A stretch of DNA of 64,000 bases from Cenococcum geophilum (Eukaryota): positions 32,550,001 to 32,614,000 of the forward strand of contig CP158635.1 of assembly GCA_050273025.1 (NCBI GenBank). The letters run 5' to 3'. Positions 23,901 to 37,212 of the stretch are shown here, piece by piece (position 1 is the first letter of the stretch; each line of letters opens with the position of its first letter). The notes below the pieces were generated by a model that searched no databases, was not told the DNA's origin, and saw only the letters and a list, made by a program, of their open reading frames with translations. The position numbers and the translations under genes are program-made.

Positions 23901-25155
23901 GTCCCATTGAACATCCGCAAGCTTGGGCTTGAGCTTACCTTGGTTATCGCGGTCTTGATGGTCTGTTTCTGCTAATGTCTTCAGATCACTTTCTGGAATT
24001 TGACGGTTTTTCGTCTGTAGTAGCGCAGGTACAAGCTTAGGGCTGTCTGGCTGATTTACTATTTTATTCATATTGGATGCCGGCTGCGGCGCTGGTTGAA
24101 GATGCAGGTGTCTCCCAATTCCTAGGGTTTCCTTTTCAACAGGTTTTTTGGTCAGTAGGCTCAATACTGCCGCTCTCGGATCACCCAAATTTGAGGGCCT
24201 CGAAACATTACATTTCGCTGTACGATGAAAATGTCCTGGTTGGGTGGGTCGGCTGACGTTAGAACCACCAATGATTTCTACTGAATCTGCTCTGGAACGT
24301 CTGGCAGGACACGAGACTTGAGTAGCAAGTGGCGTTTGCGTACACAACATCGACTCACTCTCGTTGTCAGATTCCATGCCCTCAGCTGCCTGACTGGAGT
24401 ACTTCATGGGGATGTTCTCTGGTAGCTCTGTGTCCCGCCGAGAATGGTGTGGGGTTTGGGAACGACTGTGCCTTGGTGTGGAAAGCTTATTGAGGAGGGG
24501 CTCGACCTTATCAAGGAGGGTGTCGACTACCCCTCGTTCTCGAACTGGTTGGGGGTTTCCAAATGAGGGCGAACCATCGGACCCTTGCCAATCCAGTTTT
24601 TTAATCAAAAGGGACACCTGCCAACGACGTGGACCATATGGAGTTGCAACAATCTCGAATTCGGTTATTGCGATAATACCGCCTCTTGTCCTTTGGGTAA
24701 TACGCTTGCGGTATTGCTCTTGGAAAGCTTCGATCGATATGGAGGAAAACCTTGCTGGGACAGAGGTGAACCCATCCGACAGCAACACGCGGATGTTAGG
24801 TTCAGTTTCTTCAAACTGAGCACGGTTGAGTTATACTTCTAGTAGTACTGACATGGGAGTGTAAAAGTACCTCGACAAGCTGTACACAACTTCTTTCGCC
24901 TATGCCGCGGTCAACATTGACACGGACATTGCTGCCATCATTCTCATAGAGGCGCTGGTATTCTGGACCTAGAAACCGTCTCGCATTAACAGCCCGCTCT
25001 GTAATAGAACTTTCACCCTCACCGTCTCCACGACCCTCCTCCTTGATTAACACTTCTCTCTCGGCCTCTTCTTTGCATATGCTGAGCCATTCGACACCCT
25101 CTTTGAGGTTTTTATCTATTTCCGGGCCCAACCAGTCGGTCAATAGATTAGCCAT
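20911..25155 (-). CDS. Protein with an N-terminal TPP1/Est3-like OB fold and a long low-complexity C-terminal region (putative shelterin component)
   Basis: L..WL.PEI...VQLVE / LLSDG....ARFS..SI..F...Y.KRIT..TRGGII.I..FEIV...GSPSFGNP pattern recalled for fungal Est3/TPP1 domains; several short introns join ORFs 24811-25209, 23544-24788 and 20911-23583. Confidence 0.7.
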
Positions 25156-25870
25156 AGGCGCGCATAACTCCCAAATAACTGGAAGATGAAGGCAAAGAAT
25201 GGACTTCAAGAAGGTGGTTCAGGATATGGATGTGGAGAGCGGTAGAGAGACCCGTCCGCCGCACGCATGAAGTGAGTTGGTTGGTTGGTGCGATGCATCT
25301 GACTATTTCGGAAACTGCAACTGAGGATAATCTCTAGACTGTGGTCTAATGCCACCGAAGATCGTTAGGTATTCTCAGATGAAATAAAGTGGTGCTTCAT
25401 CTAACAGAGCCGGTGATCAGGTCGTCTCTCACAAAGGCGGAGTATTTGGCGGTGCAGTCAGCCCGTGCTTCGTGACGGTGATGCCAAGACATCGTCATGT
25501 TGAAAGTTGCCTTCTAGAGACGGACACATAAACAACACCACGAGCGCATGCTGGTTCACTTCAGCTTCACCTCTATTCCCTGCTCACTAAGGCACCAGAA
25601 AAAGATACCCCGGCTCGTGGCCCATCAACAGATCATACCTCGTTCTCAGCCTGAGCCCGTCCTACCAGCGCCAATCCATCTGATCACGTACTTGAACTGC
25701 GAACAATGTCCTGAAGGCATTTCCTATATGCTTCTCAACCATCGTCAGCGATCTCATGCTTTCTCATACCATCCATCAGGCTCATCAGCCTCCTTATATC
25801 CCTAAATCCTCGAGATACTCCAGCTTGCTGATACCGCAGTGCTTCCAACCTCCAACTTCCTCGAGCCTCC

Positions 25871-28800
25871 ATGATTCCTAAAGACCCTCTTGGGCGTCAT
25901 TCAAGACGTAGCTCTATCGCTGGGGCCCTGGATCACATACATACTTCTGCATCTCGCTCCGGTACTCTTACAACATTTGACGACTTCGCATCACCACCGC
26001 CTTCGACATCTGGCGGGGATGGAAAAGGAATCGAGCTCGTTCAGGGAGGTCTTAGTGGATTATACAGCCGGATAAAGGCATCCATAGAAGGTACAAAGGA
26101 GGGAAATGATAACGCAGGTGATGTATCTCTCAGCAGTTTCAGAGCTAGAGCAGCTTCGAAGACATCACAGACGCCAAAGAGTCCGACAGGCACCGATGTC
26201 TCCTCACTAGTGGTTGTTTCTGTTCCATCCTCGAGATTGCAGTCTCCTCTTGCGACAACATTTCCTGATAGCCAGCTCCCCCCCACAAAAGCCTCCAATA
26301 CTTCAAGTCCCAGTGCCTCGTCAAAGGTATCTTTGAATGGACCCATGTCACCGCCCAACACCCAACCAAAACCAAAACCCTCGTCAGCAACAAGATTTGC
26401 GGAGCCGTTAAAGGGTGTCGTAGATGAAGACCTTCGATCGCAAAGTCCAGAAAGTTCGAATTCAAAGTCAAGGGGCAGCTCCGTCATTGATTCTTTCACC
26501 AAAAATACTCCCTTTAGCCTTGCAACATTATCCACTGGAAGAGATGCTTCGCGATATCAAAAAACCGGCCTGACAGCTGATGAACCCTTTAGGCAACCAA
26601 GGGCGGACCGCGAATTCAAAGATGAGGAAAGCGACACTACCGAGGATGACGTTGTCATAGTCGATGGTGGTGGTTTATTGGAGGGCCCCAGTTTTTCCTT
26701 TCCCCCTGAGGCTTCTAATACTGAGGATCCACGCCTAGTCCTTCAGAAAAAGTCTCGCAGAGAGGACAGCCAGATAGCATCCAGCCCCCCCCTCAGAGAC
26801 GCCATTGCCCAGCGTCCTGTATCTCGAGAAGACAACCCAAAGGCTCTTCAAACGGTCAATACCCCTCTCAAAGACGTCACTACTCTTCTTGCTCCAAAAC
26901 CCCAAAGGCCGCCTCTACTCCAGATTAGCCACTCACATCTCCCTGGCTTTAGGCTATCGCGTGCGTCGTCATCGGACGGTGGCCTAAGCTCTGTTACTAC
27001 TGTTCCTGCCGCACGAACTCCAGCCGTTGAGACTTTAGAGGAACATCCACGTACTATTTTAGGTAATACCAGCACTGGGAATTTACCTAATAACGCCTTC
27101 TCGCAAATGAGACGGAAGATTTTAGGAAAGGAATTTTGGATGAGGGATGAAAATGCAAAAGATTGTTTCTATTGTGGCGATGCATTCTCAACGTTCAGAC
27201 GAAAACACCACTGTCGTAAGTTATGTCAAGTTATAGCATAGGGGTAATGTACTTACATATGCTGTAGGGACTTGTGGTCAGATATTTGATGCTAAATGTA
27301 CGTCACTTGTCTCTGGCAAGCTCTTTGGGCAGTCAGGTAATCTTCGTGTTTGTAAACCCTGCGAGGCTATTATCTATGGTAACGACGATGATTCATCTGT
27401 GTACACCGAAGATGCAGACCAAACTTCAATATACGAGCAGAAAGAGACATCTGGATTCATGGACGACTCGGAGCGGAGTGTTGACCCGACCGAAAGTGAT
27501 CATACCAAGATTGGCACTCCCACCATTAGCATTCCAATGTCCCGAAAAGCTGGTGAAAAGAAGCGCCGCTCTGCTGTAATTGAACTTGGTGCACCACCTA
27601 CGCTAGCCAGACCAAGTTCGTCAAGATCCCTTCGATCTCTTAGCGGAAGGCCTCGCTCCTCAAGCCACAAGCGCCACCACTCACGCCACCAGCACATGCG
27701 GAATGTAAGGTATGATGAGCGAGCACCGTTTCATCGACATGAAGTGGAAGAATCTAGTTCGCGATCGACTTTACCCGCCTTTCACCATGATAACATCATT
27801 GATCCAGATTTGGCACCGTTTATGTCCGATGAAGGTTCTAGTGAGGATGAGCAAGTGAGCATCTTTGCGACCTTAAGCGGAGACTCGCCGTCACACGCTA
27901 GTGGTGAGAGTGAAAGAAGTGGACTAGGAGGTTTATTAACGGCGATGAGGAAAGGCAAATCCCGAGCTGGCGAAAAGAGCGTTGGTGGACATGGTCGAGA
28001 TCTGGACACCGCCAGCATAACAAGCCGTCACTTAACCCGTCATTCCAGGAGACGAAACCTCAGTGTGAGCAGTGTTGCTCATACACGACCTTCTCCAAGA
28101 AGAATGAAAAGCAACACTCTTCTTAAATCATTTGGTGTTGGATTGGGAGGCATAACTGGACAATCTCCTGCGCATCCAGCGCAAAGCACCTCAATTTTAA
28201 TAACAAGCGGTTCCAAAATGACCCGTAGCGCTTCCATGAAAGGGGGTAACGCTCCAGCAATCGAACTGAACCAAGCTAGTCTCCAACATGTTCGCAGGCT
28301 TTTGAAGCAGATGCTTCAAGATGCAACAATTCCAAATTTATCAAGCTGGGAGAAATCGCTTATGCCTATCTTGCTACAGTGCACTGATGATGTCAACCCT
28401 GATGTTCAGCGCAACGACGATATTGACATACGACATTATATCAAACTGAAAAAGATTCCGGGAGGAAAACCCGGGGATACATCATATGTATCTGGTGTAG
28501 TCTTTACTAAGAAAGTGGCACTAAAGAGCATGCTCAGGAGTATTCCGAATCCACGGATCGTTATCGTCACATTTCCGATTGAGTATGCTCGCCACCAACA
28601 GCATTTCATGAGTCTGGAGCCCGTAATTGCACAGGAACGAGAGTATCTGCGAAACCTTGTCAACCGTATCGCGGCACTTCAACCTTCAGTTCTCCTTGTC
28701 CAAAGGAACGTTGCAGGTCTTGCATTGGAGTTTCTCGAAGAAGCAAAAATTGCTGTTGCATACAACGTCAAGCCAACAGTCTTGAACGCAGTTTCAAGAT

Positions 28801-31800
28801 GTACTCAGACTCGTATGATCTCTTCAGTGGACAAGCTAGCAGTTGATCCCTCTTATCTGGGGGGGTGTGAAAGCTTCGACGTTAAAACGTATGTGCACAA
28901 CAATCAAAAGAAAACGTACATCTACTTGTCCGGTTGCCAGAGTGACCTCGGCTGCACGATCGTCCTGCGTGGCGCTGATACCGAGACGCTGCGAAAGTTG
29001 AAGAGAATCACGGAGTTCATGTGCTTTGTTGTTTACAACCTTAAGCTTGAGACATGCCTTATGCGAGATGAATTTGTCCTCATCCCATCCACTACAAGAG
29101 GAGGGACTCTTTCACCAGACAAGAAATTGGGAAATGGAGCCGCTGATCCGTCTCAGGTCAAACGGACAAGCTCTGAGAACACTGCATCCCTACCCAGTCA
29201 ACAGCCTCAGGATCATGCTGAGAAGATGATGGATACTGTGAATCTAACGGAAGATATTAACAGCAAAAATACTGCTAAGACCCCGAATGGTTCAAAAGAT
29301 TCATCTACCTACTCGAACACTGGCTCAGTAGGTGATTTATATATACCGGAGGACGCCCCGACGCCATCTTTTTACGATGAAATGGTCGAAAAGCATCAAA
29401 CCAAAATTCTTTCCGCGTCACCTTTTGTCAAGTTCATGCAGCCGTACCTTTTAATGCAAGCCCGAGAGCAAGAAAGACGCCTGCTCTACCTGAAAATTTT
29501 ACGTGATCAATATTGTACTAATGATGAGAAGAACGTCACCGAAGGCTTGCCTCAAAAGTTCGAGTTGGTCCAGCCTGAAATGGTTCATGTCGTTGTGGAG
29601 CAAGCATCCAAGCAAGTGCGAGACTTCTTGCATGCTGTACATAACGCAGAATATAACAAAGCCCTACACAACTACCAGACTCAAAAACGCCAGTGGGAGG
29701 CCTACGTGTCTGGAAATATGAATCTTTTCGATCCGTTCAATCACCAGAAGATTGCCGTTCTCTACAGTGTAGTTAATTCCGTCACGTCGACTCCTTGCGT
29801 CGGGCCCGAAATAATTGCTATGGGATTCTATCACGAACATGACTACGATGATGGATTCACGCCAGATTGTACACTTGGCCAATACGTGGAGGACTTATGT
29901 CACGGTGCTAACACTGTTTGCGACGTGAACGGGTGTGACCGAAGGATGCTGGACCACCATCGCCAGTACGTGCATGGCGAAGGACAAATGAGTGTCATTG
30001 TACAGAAACACCCATCGAAAATCCGTGGTTTGCACAACACAATTCTTATGTGGAGTTGCTGCAGGATTTGTGGGCAAGAAACACAAGTAATACCCATGTC
30101 GGAGAATACTTGGAAATACTCCTTTGGGAAATATCTTGAGTTAACCTATTGGTCCAGCGAACTACATCCGCGAGCGGGTATTTGCCCCCACGACATTCAT
30201 CGAGACCATGTCAGATATTTCGGACTGAACAATGTCGCTCTGCGGATTCAGTACGACACTGTACATCTTTACGAAGTTATTGTACCTAGGCCAACAGTGA
30301 CTTGGAAAGTTGATAGCGATTTGAGACTGAAAAATGGGCAATTCTTGAAGATTGAGGATCGACTGGATAGGTTTATGGCATCGGTTAAAGCCCGCCTCAA
30401 GAGTATTCATGTGGAAAGTGTAGTTCCAGAAAAGATCGAAGCGTGTAGAGCAGAAGTGGAGAAATTGACAAAGCGTGCCAATGAGGAGCATGACTGGCTG
30501 AGATGCAAGCTGCAAGATAAATATATGAGCTCGAGGTACTACGAAACAATCCCGCTCAACCGGGCAATCAGAGCAATCCAGGAAAAGGCAATTGCTTGGG
30601 ACGATACTTTTGCGGATTTTGAGCAGCAGTTCTTCCCATCCGAAAAGGATATCAGACGACTTGCAGCACTCCAATTGAAGAAGTTATTCCTAGAACGGGA
30701 CGAATCAACAAGTTCTTTAACGTCGGTTGACGAAGGTAACGAGGAAACGTTGGAAGCAAACATCCCAGAGAAGGGTAACGCACTTACTCTAACACCGATG
30801 CCATCACATATGTCACCGGAACAGGCAAGAGACATGTTAACCTCTGTCGTTGAAGAGGATCAGTCTTCAGGTGCGAGGCAGACAAACGACCAAACAAACG
30901 CTGTTAAATCACAGCAAATTGATGACTCTCACAACACGTCTGATGAGGCAAGTGGAGCTTTACCTGCACAGACACCACTCGAGGCAATTGAGAGAGAAGA
31001 CGTCCGTCACCTTGATTTGGCAGTCTCTTCCGATTATCCGGATAACCATCCAGAAAAAGAAGAGCAAGCTTTGAAGATGCCAGTGATTCCCTCAGAGTCA
31101 AGCACGATGCAAGAAGCCATTTCCAACACACCATCCCCAACCGCCAAACCAGAGCCCTTAGACCAATCCGTTTCAGATGCGGTCGAAAATATGCAGGCCA
31201 CCACTCCATCCTTCAATCAGCCACCTGGCGGGACTCTTGAATCTAAGATACCACGTTTGGTAGATGCTATTCGACACGAAGGTGCAATGAAGCCTCCATT
31301 GAATCGCACCCAGTCACAGCCTAGCGGAATGTTACGGAGAGATCAACCTAGCAGTACGTCATCCAGCAGTACTGCAGCTTCCAGTACCCTAAGTAAAGGG
31401 GAGTCCCCTAAAATGAGCTTGAGTGAATCTGCAAGGGCCTTGGAGAAAAGAATGTCAGAGCGACTAGGGCTGGGCACATTTAAACCAGGGAAGGCAGCAC
31501 CCCATTCAATGATTCCTCGGTCAGTACCCCGAAAACGTAACAACTCAAGGGTGTCAACTCTTGCAAAACACTTCGAACAGTTGAGCCGCGAATTTGAGAA
31601 AGAACGCCTGCGTGAACGACGTCAAAGGGCAGAAAGAAGCCGGCAAGCACGCGCTTATCCACTTGCATCGTCCAAACCGATCGTGGAAGTATACCGCGAC
31701 GTCCATGAAGCTGTCCAAGAGCACAATCCATCTGATGAGGACCTTCAATCGATTACACCTCCCACTCGGCTGAGCACTGACACAAGCACGCTGGAGGATA

Positions 31801-33355
31801 GTAGCATGACTGAAACTACCGATCCGACAACTAGATCACATTCACCTGTAGATAGTCGCCATGCAAAGGATGCATCTACCAAATCCCTAGAAAGCGAGGA
31901 CCAAACAACCAGTACAAGCCACCCTACGTCTGATGTCGAGGGCGAAGCTAGCGACATTGAGAATGCTGTTCTCGACGAGCTCGGTATACCTGACAGTATC
32001 GAAGAATCTCAGATGCTGTCTCCCACAGACTCTCAACTCGATATCAGCCTAGAGTTGCCAAAGCACGAGAAAACTTCCTTAATGAAAATGCTTACTAGTT
32101 TCTGGTCTGAACGCTCAGCAAGCGGCTGGGCGCCTCTCGACTACCCATTCGCGCAAATCGAACACGTATGGGAAGATTCGGATATCATCGTTCGGGAAGA
32201 TGAGCCAAGCTCAATCATTGCACTAGCGCTATCAAGTCCCGACTACCTCACGAAACTGCAGAGCTTCCGATCGGAGCAGAGCTGGTCCGAAAATGACTCT
32301 GGCATGCCAGGCCTTTCAGACTCCGAAGCATCAATTGAACGCAATCTTCTTCATCAAGCAAACACAAACATTCGCTACGGTTTCACTAACCGTGGCGTCA
32401 AGGCACAATGCAAAATCTTCTATGCGCAATCTTTTGATGCGCTGCGCCGCAAATGCGGCGTCGCAGATCGTTTTGTCGAATCGTTGTCACGTTGCTCGAA
32501 GTGGGATTCTAAAGGCGGCAAAAGCAAATCGCTCTTCCTCAAAACGTTAGATGACCGCTTCGTGCTCAAATCGCTTTCACCGATCGAGGTCAACGCGTTC
32601 TTCCGGTTCGCTCCCAATTATTTTGCCTTCACGCACCAAAACTTATTCAAAGGTTTGCCCTCGGTCATTGCAAAGATGTTTGGCCTCTTCCAAGTTCAAA
32701 TAAAAACTCCTACAGGCAGGGACTTCGACTGGTTTATGTTGGTCATGGAGAACCTATTTTATGATCGCGAGCCAAATCGCCGATTCGATCTCAAAGGGTC
32801 TATGCGTAACCGAAAAATCCAGAGCACGGGCGAGCGAGATGAGGTGCTTTTAGATGAGAATCTTGTCGACATTATATATTCCGAGACGCCAATTTTTGTA
32901 CGTGAGCATACAAAGAAGCTCCTCAAAGCTAGTGTCTGGAACGATACCTTGTTCCTATCTCAGCAAAACGTCATGGACTACAGTCTTATGGCCGGCTTCG
33001 ACGACACTAGGCGAGAAATTATAGTCGGCATTATTGGTAGGTCATCTCATCAATAATCGAGTTCCTACTTACATTTTCTTTTGCAGACTGCATTCGTACT
33101 TATACCTGGGACAAGAAACTTGAAACCTGGATCAAAGATCGTGGGAAGAATAAGCCTACCATCACGTCCCCTAAGGACTATCGCAATCGCTTCCGCATTG
33201 CAATGGCAAAGTATATTCTTCAGGCACCTAATTGTTGGCATCAGTTCCAAGCCCAGCAAATCCAAACACGGCATGTTAGATTAGAATCAAGGCCGCGCGG
33301 TGAGGGTTTAGATGCGGATTTAGATGCGGAGGCACAGGCTGCGGCGGGACTGTAA
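25871..33355 (+). CDS. FAB1: 1-phosphatidylinositol-3-phosphate 5-kinase Fab1/PIKfyve
   Basis: FYVE ([24 protein letters not shown]), TCP-1-like domain ([10 protein letters not shown]), PIPK domain ([43 protein letters not shown]); introns 27216-27267 and 33037-33086; the start may lie further upstream. Confidence 0.97.
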
Positions 33356-34481
33356 GTGATTTGAATCGCATTCTTAGCGCTAAGACAATTTTATCATGAG
33401 ATAGGACGTGAGCTATGGCGCGAGGTTCTTTGACGGTAACTATTTATGCATGGCGCTGAGGAGTTTTTAAGGAAACTGCATGAGCGAGCATAGCCTGTTA
33501 GACATAAGCGAAGCTTTGAAATCCCAATCCTAGGAGGATGTTGGCATTTCTACATCAAAGCTACAGTACAGGCAACCGTGCGTCTCATGTCTATACAAAG
33601 CAAAGCGTACCTACCATTACATGACCAACCCCGGTTCACGGTTGAATCCCCGCCCCACCTCCCTAGTTCACCGCATTACCCACAATTGTTTCGCCTTTGC
33701 ACTAGCCAGCAGTCTATACAAGCCTACAAAGGGTAGCATGAACAGATTATTAGCGGCTCGGCGGATTTGTAGAGAGAAAGTGAGCATTCTCATACATTCT
33801 ATGCCAAGGCGCTACTAATCCGCGCCCCGGCTGTTCCGTCGTTAGAGATACCACTCGTAGCGGACATCATCTACAATTTCGGCGACTTTGTAGATTTTCC
33901 CCGTCGCCATGGGTTTGTCAAAGATAATGAAGAATATCTGAATGTTTTCCTACCTCGAGATAGGGTTGCCACCTTCCTTCAATCCTGGCTCTAGTTTAGA
34001 GTAGTCGCGGAATTTTCTGGACATCCTATGGGCTTTGATGAGTTTACTTGCCGGCCGATAGTTAACAACGGGAGCCAATGTGCCAGTTTGTAAGTGCTGG
34101 ACTCTATAACCTTAAAGCCAATATTGCAGGAGTGCAATCAAGGTAATGCTTAGCCACATCGGGGATGTCTGTTGACGACCTGCGTCGACCTGTGTTATTA
34201 TTAGATGGAGCTGTTTTCCGGAGCCAGTGGCTGGATCCCTACATAAACGAGGCACCATATCCAATTCCTGAAATTCTCCTCTGTCAAAATCCTTCTTCTC
34301 TCATTTTTGCCGTTTGTAAAGAACTATATCAGTAATTTCAGACCCCCTATGCCGTATTCGTTGGGCATAACACATCCAGTCCCACCTCCTGCACAGCTTC
34401 TTATTGATTGGATGTCAGAAATCGGCTGGTGCCCCTTTCGTGCGTACCAGAGGTGCCTCAAATTTAACTACCTTGTGATTT

Positions 34482-34689
34482 TGTCGATCGGTAGTCCGTG
34501 CACCGATTGTAAGAAAAGAAAAACTCGTGTGAAGATTGATCTATGAAGAAAAAGAGGCTATATATACACAAGGTAGATGCAGGTCCAGGGGGGGGGGGGG
34601 TACGTAATAGGGAGTCGGTGACTGAGTCGGTGGCCGAGTCAAGGGGTAGGTAACTGAGTCGGCGGCATGACACCCGACTCAGGTCGACA
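34482..34689. mobile_element. Solo LTR in the HET pseudogene
   Basis: Termini TGTCGA...TCGACA; 5-bp TSD gattt (34477-34481, 34690-34694); removal restores the frame FNYLVIFYVAQIR. Confidence 0.9.
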
Positions 34690-35133
34690 GATTTTCTATG
34701 TCGCTCAGATTCGGTACCACGATCCCTATAACCTTAACCACGATACTTGCTTAATACCCTCATGCGTCACAAAAAAGCCTAACAAAGACGGCTCGGTACA
34801 GCATACGAAGCGTGAGTGCCAATGCTCCTTCATCTCAGTTCTGACCGAGGATATCGCGAAAATCATTCAACTGGATGGCATTCCCTTGATTTCCGTAGAG
34901 ATTCTTCCATACGGAAAAGGAAAGCTTCATGTGGAAAAAGCTACAGATAGAAGTAGCTACATCGCAATATCTCATGTATACTCACATGGCCTCGGCAACT
35001 TATCCACAAACTCTCTCCCACAATGCCAAGTAGAGCGGCTGTCTAAGGATATCAAATACTTGCCGGACCCGGTTTCAAATGGTTATCAGATCGCCGGGCG
35101 CAAGATTGATCCCTTGTCCCTTGACCCTGCCCG

Positions 35134-35903
35134 CAGTGATCTTGTTGGATTGGCGTGGCGTGGATCTGAGGCCAAATCCACGCCATCCACCAAAAAGACG
35201 ATTTGCCGCCAGGATCGCCACGGCGCTCCAGTGTAGATATATACTATATATAGTAAGTCTTGGCATAGGCTTAGTGTTATAATTAAGGAGTAGAGTGTAG
35301 TTAAACTTACTAAAAAGGGTACTAGATTTGCTTACCACCTCCCTTTAAGCGTCCCTCTATAATCTTATCGTCCTTAATAACTTTTACCTTATCGCTAAGT
35401 GCACCCTCTACCTTAAAGCCCCCAATTGCGTTAAACTCTTCCTTAAGGCCCTTACCCTAAGCTTTACTAACTACTATATATAGCTAAGGCAGAGCTTCTA
35501 CAGCCTTACGAGCGGCAGAGGCTTATGCGGGTGGGCGCGGCCAGGCTTATAGGAAAATATCGCTCTATATAATTGAGGGAGGCAAAATAGAGCTATAGCG
35601 CGATCGCGTATGGAGGAAGGACGTAGGAAGGAAAGCAATATAGGCGGCTCCCCAAGATTGTATAGAAAACACTCCTATTTTTAAACTCCGAGCTCCACCA
35701 ATTGGCTTAACACCACGCTTTAACACCTTATTAATTCTTCCTCCTTAGCCTCCTTCTTCTAATTGGGTATAGAACTGGCGCTCCAGGAGCTCCAAAGCTT
35801 CAAGATCCACTCCGCGCCACCAATTAAATCAGTAGATCCACCGCCAAAGCAAATTGGATCCAGCCATCCACGCCATATTGCCGCCAATCCAACAAGATCA
35901 CTG
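35134..35903. mobile_element. Non-autonomous hAT-type element (770 bp)
   Basis: Perfect 22-bp TIR cagtgatcttgttggattggcg; 8-bp TSD cctgcccg (35126-35133, 35904-35911); AT/TpA-rich interior. Confidence 0.93.
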
Positions 35904-35927
35904 CCTGCCCGACTTAAGTGCAAAGCC

Positions 35928-36085
35928 AGAAGGGGTTAATACAAAATCCACCTTGATTTATTCGTTTATTTAAACATCTACCTCCTATAAAATAGAATCC
36001 ATCTCCTGCCTATTAAGCCTCAATCAGCAGGTGGACGTCAAAATAAATGAATAAATTAAGGTGGGTTGTGGATTAACCCCTTTCT
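35928..36085. mobile_element. MITE-like foldback element (~158 bp)
   Basis: ~55-bp imperfect TIRs (agaaggggttaatacaaaatccaccttgatttattc.../...aataaattaaggtgggttgtggattaacccctttct); the first 25 bp recur exactly at 5721-5745. Confidence 0.8.
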
Positions 36086-36689
36086 AAAATCCAAGATAAC
36101 AAATTGGCCGCAGTCATTACCCCTGACTAAGCAATAGATAAAGTAAGAGAACTGTTTATAGTTATGCTGTTAACGACGGATTGTGGGTATAGTTGGCTCT
36201 CGATGCATCTTTATAAACAAACTGTTGGTATTTTTAAGGGATGTTGAATTCTTTTTGGTGTATTCTGCTTACAGCCTTGGCGGAATGCTATCCGGAAGCG
36301 CATCAAATGCTGTCACGGTACATTTTCCCTTAGTGAATAGAGATGACTCAATTATCCTAGTAAGAAGTCTGGTCTCTATTATAAGCCTCCCGCGTTTAAT
36401 GAAATAAGCGTAGATTAAAAATTTACAGGAATGGTTGTCGTTTGAACGCATCAGATCTTGTCCGCTAAAGCTTAACGTGCACTCGTACGCGATTACGAAG
36501 TCACTCTGACTCGGTGATATACAAGGCAAATGCTGACGCAAGGTAGGCTTTTATATTACTTGATGCTCTTAGAGGGAGACTTTGTTCAGTCCCCAAAAGA
36601 CTCTAACTCCGTCATATCGCCCCAAACGGGTTCTCCGATAACTCTCGCCAAGTTAATATTAACCACGACGCTGTATTGCATTTCAGGGA

Positions 36690-36974
36690 CCGCCGAACCG
36701 TTCCGCCATCTCGTGTTAGGTAAGTGTTTTGATCATGAAGGGTTCCGCCCAGAAGTGGATACATAGGAGATGGCCCAAAGATGACGCGCCCGGAGACGAA
36801 GTGTGCGTTCTCTTCAGTGGGACACCGCTTTACATCCTTAGGCCCATGGCGGACTACGACGTTTTTGTTGGAGATACCTATCTGAACGATTAGGATATCA
36901 TGTGGGGCAAAGCAACTGGGTCAGTGAAAGCGGGAAGAACTGGCACAGCTATCGAAACATTCGAACTTTGTTAA
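36690..36974 (+). pseudogene. C-terminal remnant of a HET-6-like protein
   Basis: SGYIGDGP...GDEVCVLFSGTPLYILRP...FVGDTYL..*DIMWG resembles the HET-6 C-terminal GYIG.GP...GD.VCVL.G...P.ILRP...VG.CY..GIM.G pattern; frameshift and stop. Confidence 0.7.
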
Positions 36975-37212
36975 TGCACTGCCGAACTATGATCCGGTCA
37001 CAGATTGCACATACTAGGAGACAGAAATTTGCTTACACCACCGGGTTCTCTGCATTGGCTAAGAAGAACTGAAGTTCTGAGATAATAGCGGGGATTCTGC
37101 CTGATCTTGTTCCTACGTATGCGTAATAAAGGTCTTATCTATCGTGATTCACAATAGCCCTTGAGGTGCTAGTACTATTCTAACTAACTTGCATGAGCCT
37201 CAAAGGCCGTAA

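Larger units (their letters stand above)
33810..35927 (+). pseudogene. HET-domain protein pseudogene disrupted by insertions
   Basis: FLQSWL*F, GWCPF, YIAISHVYSHGLGN..NSLPQCQ motifs typical of HET-domain proteins; stops, frameshifts and two TSD-flanked insertions. Confidence 0.8.

Noticed and set aside
26041..32617. Antisense and alternate-frame ORFs within FAB1 and other genes
   Set aside because: Shadow frames of real coding sequence
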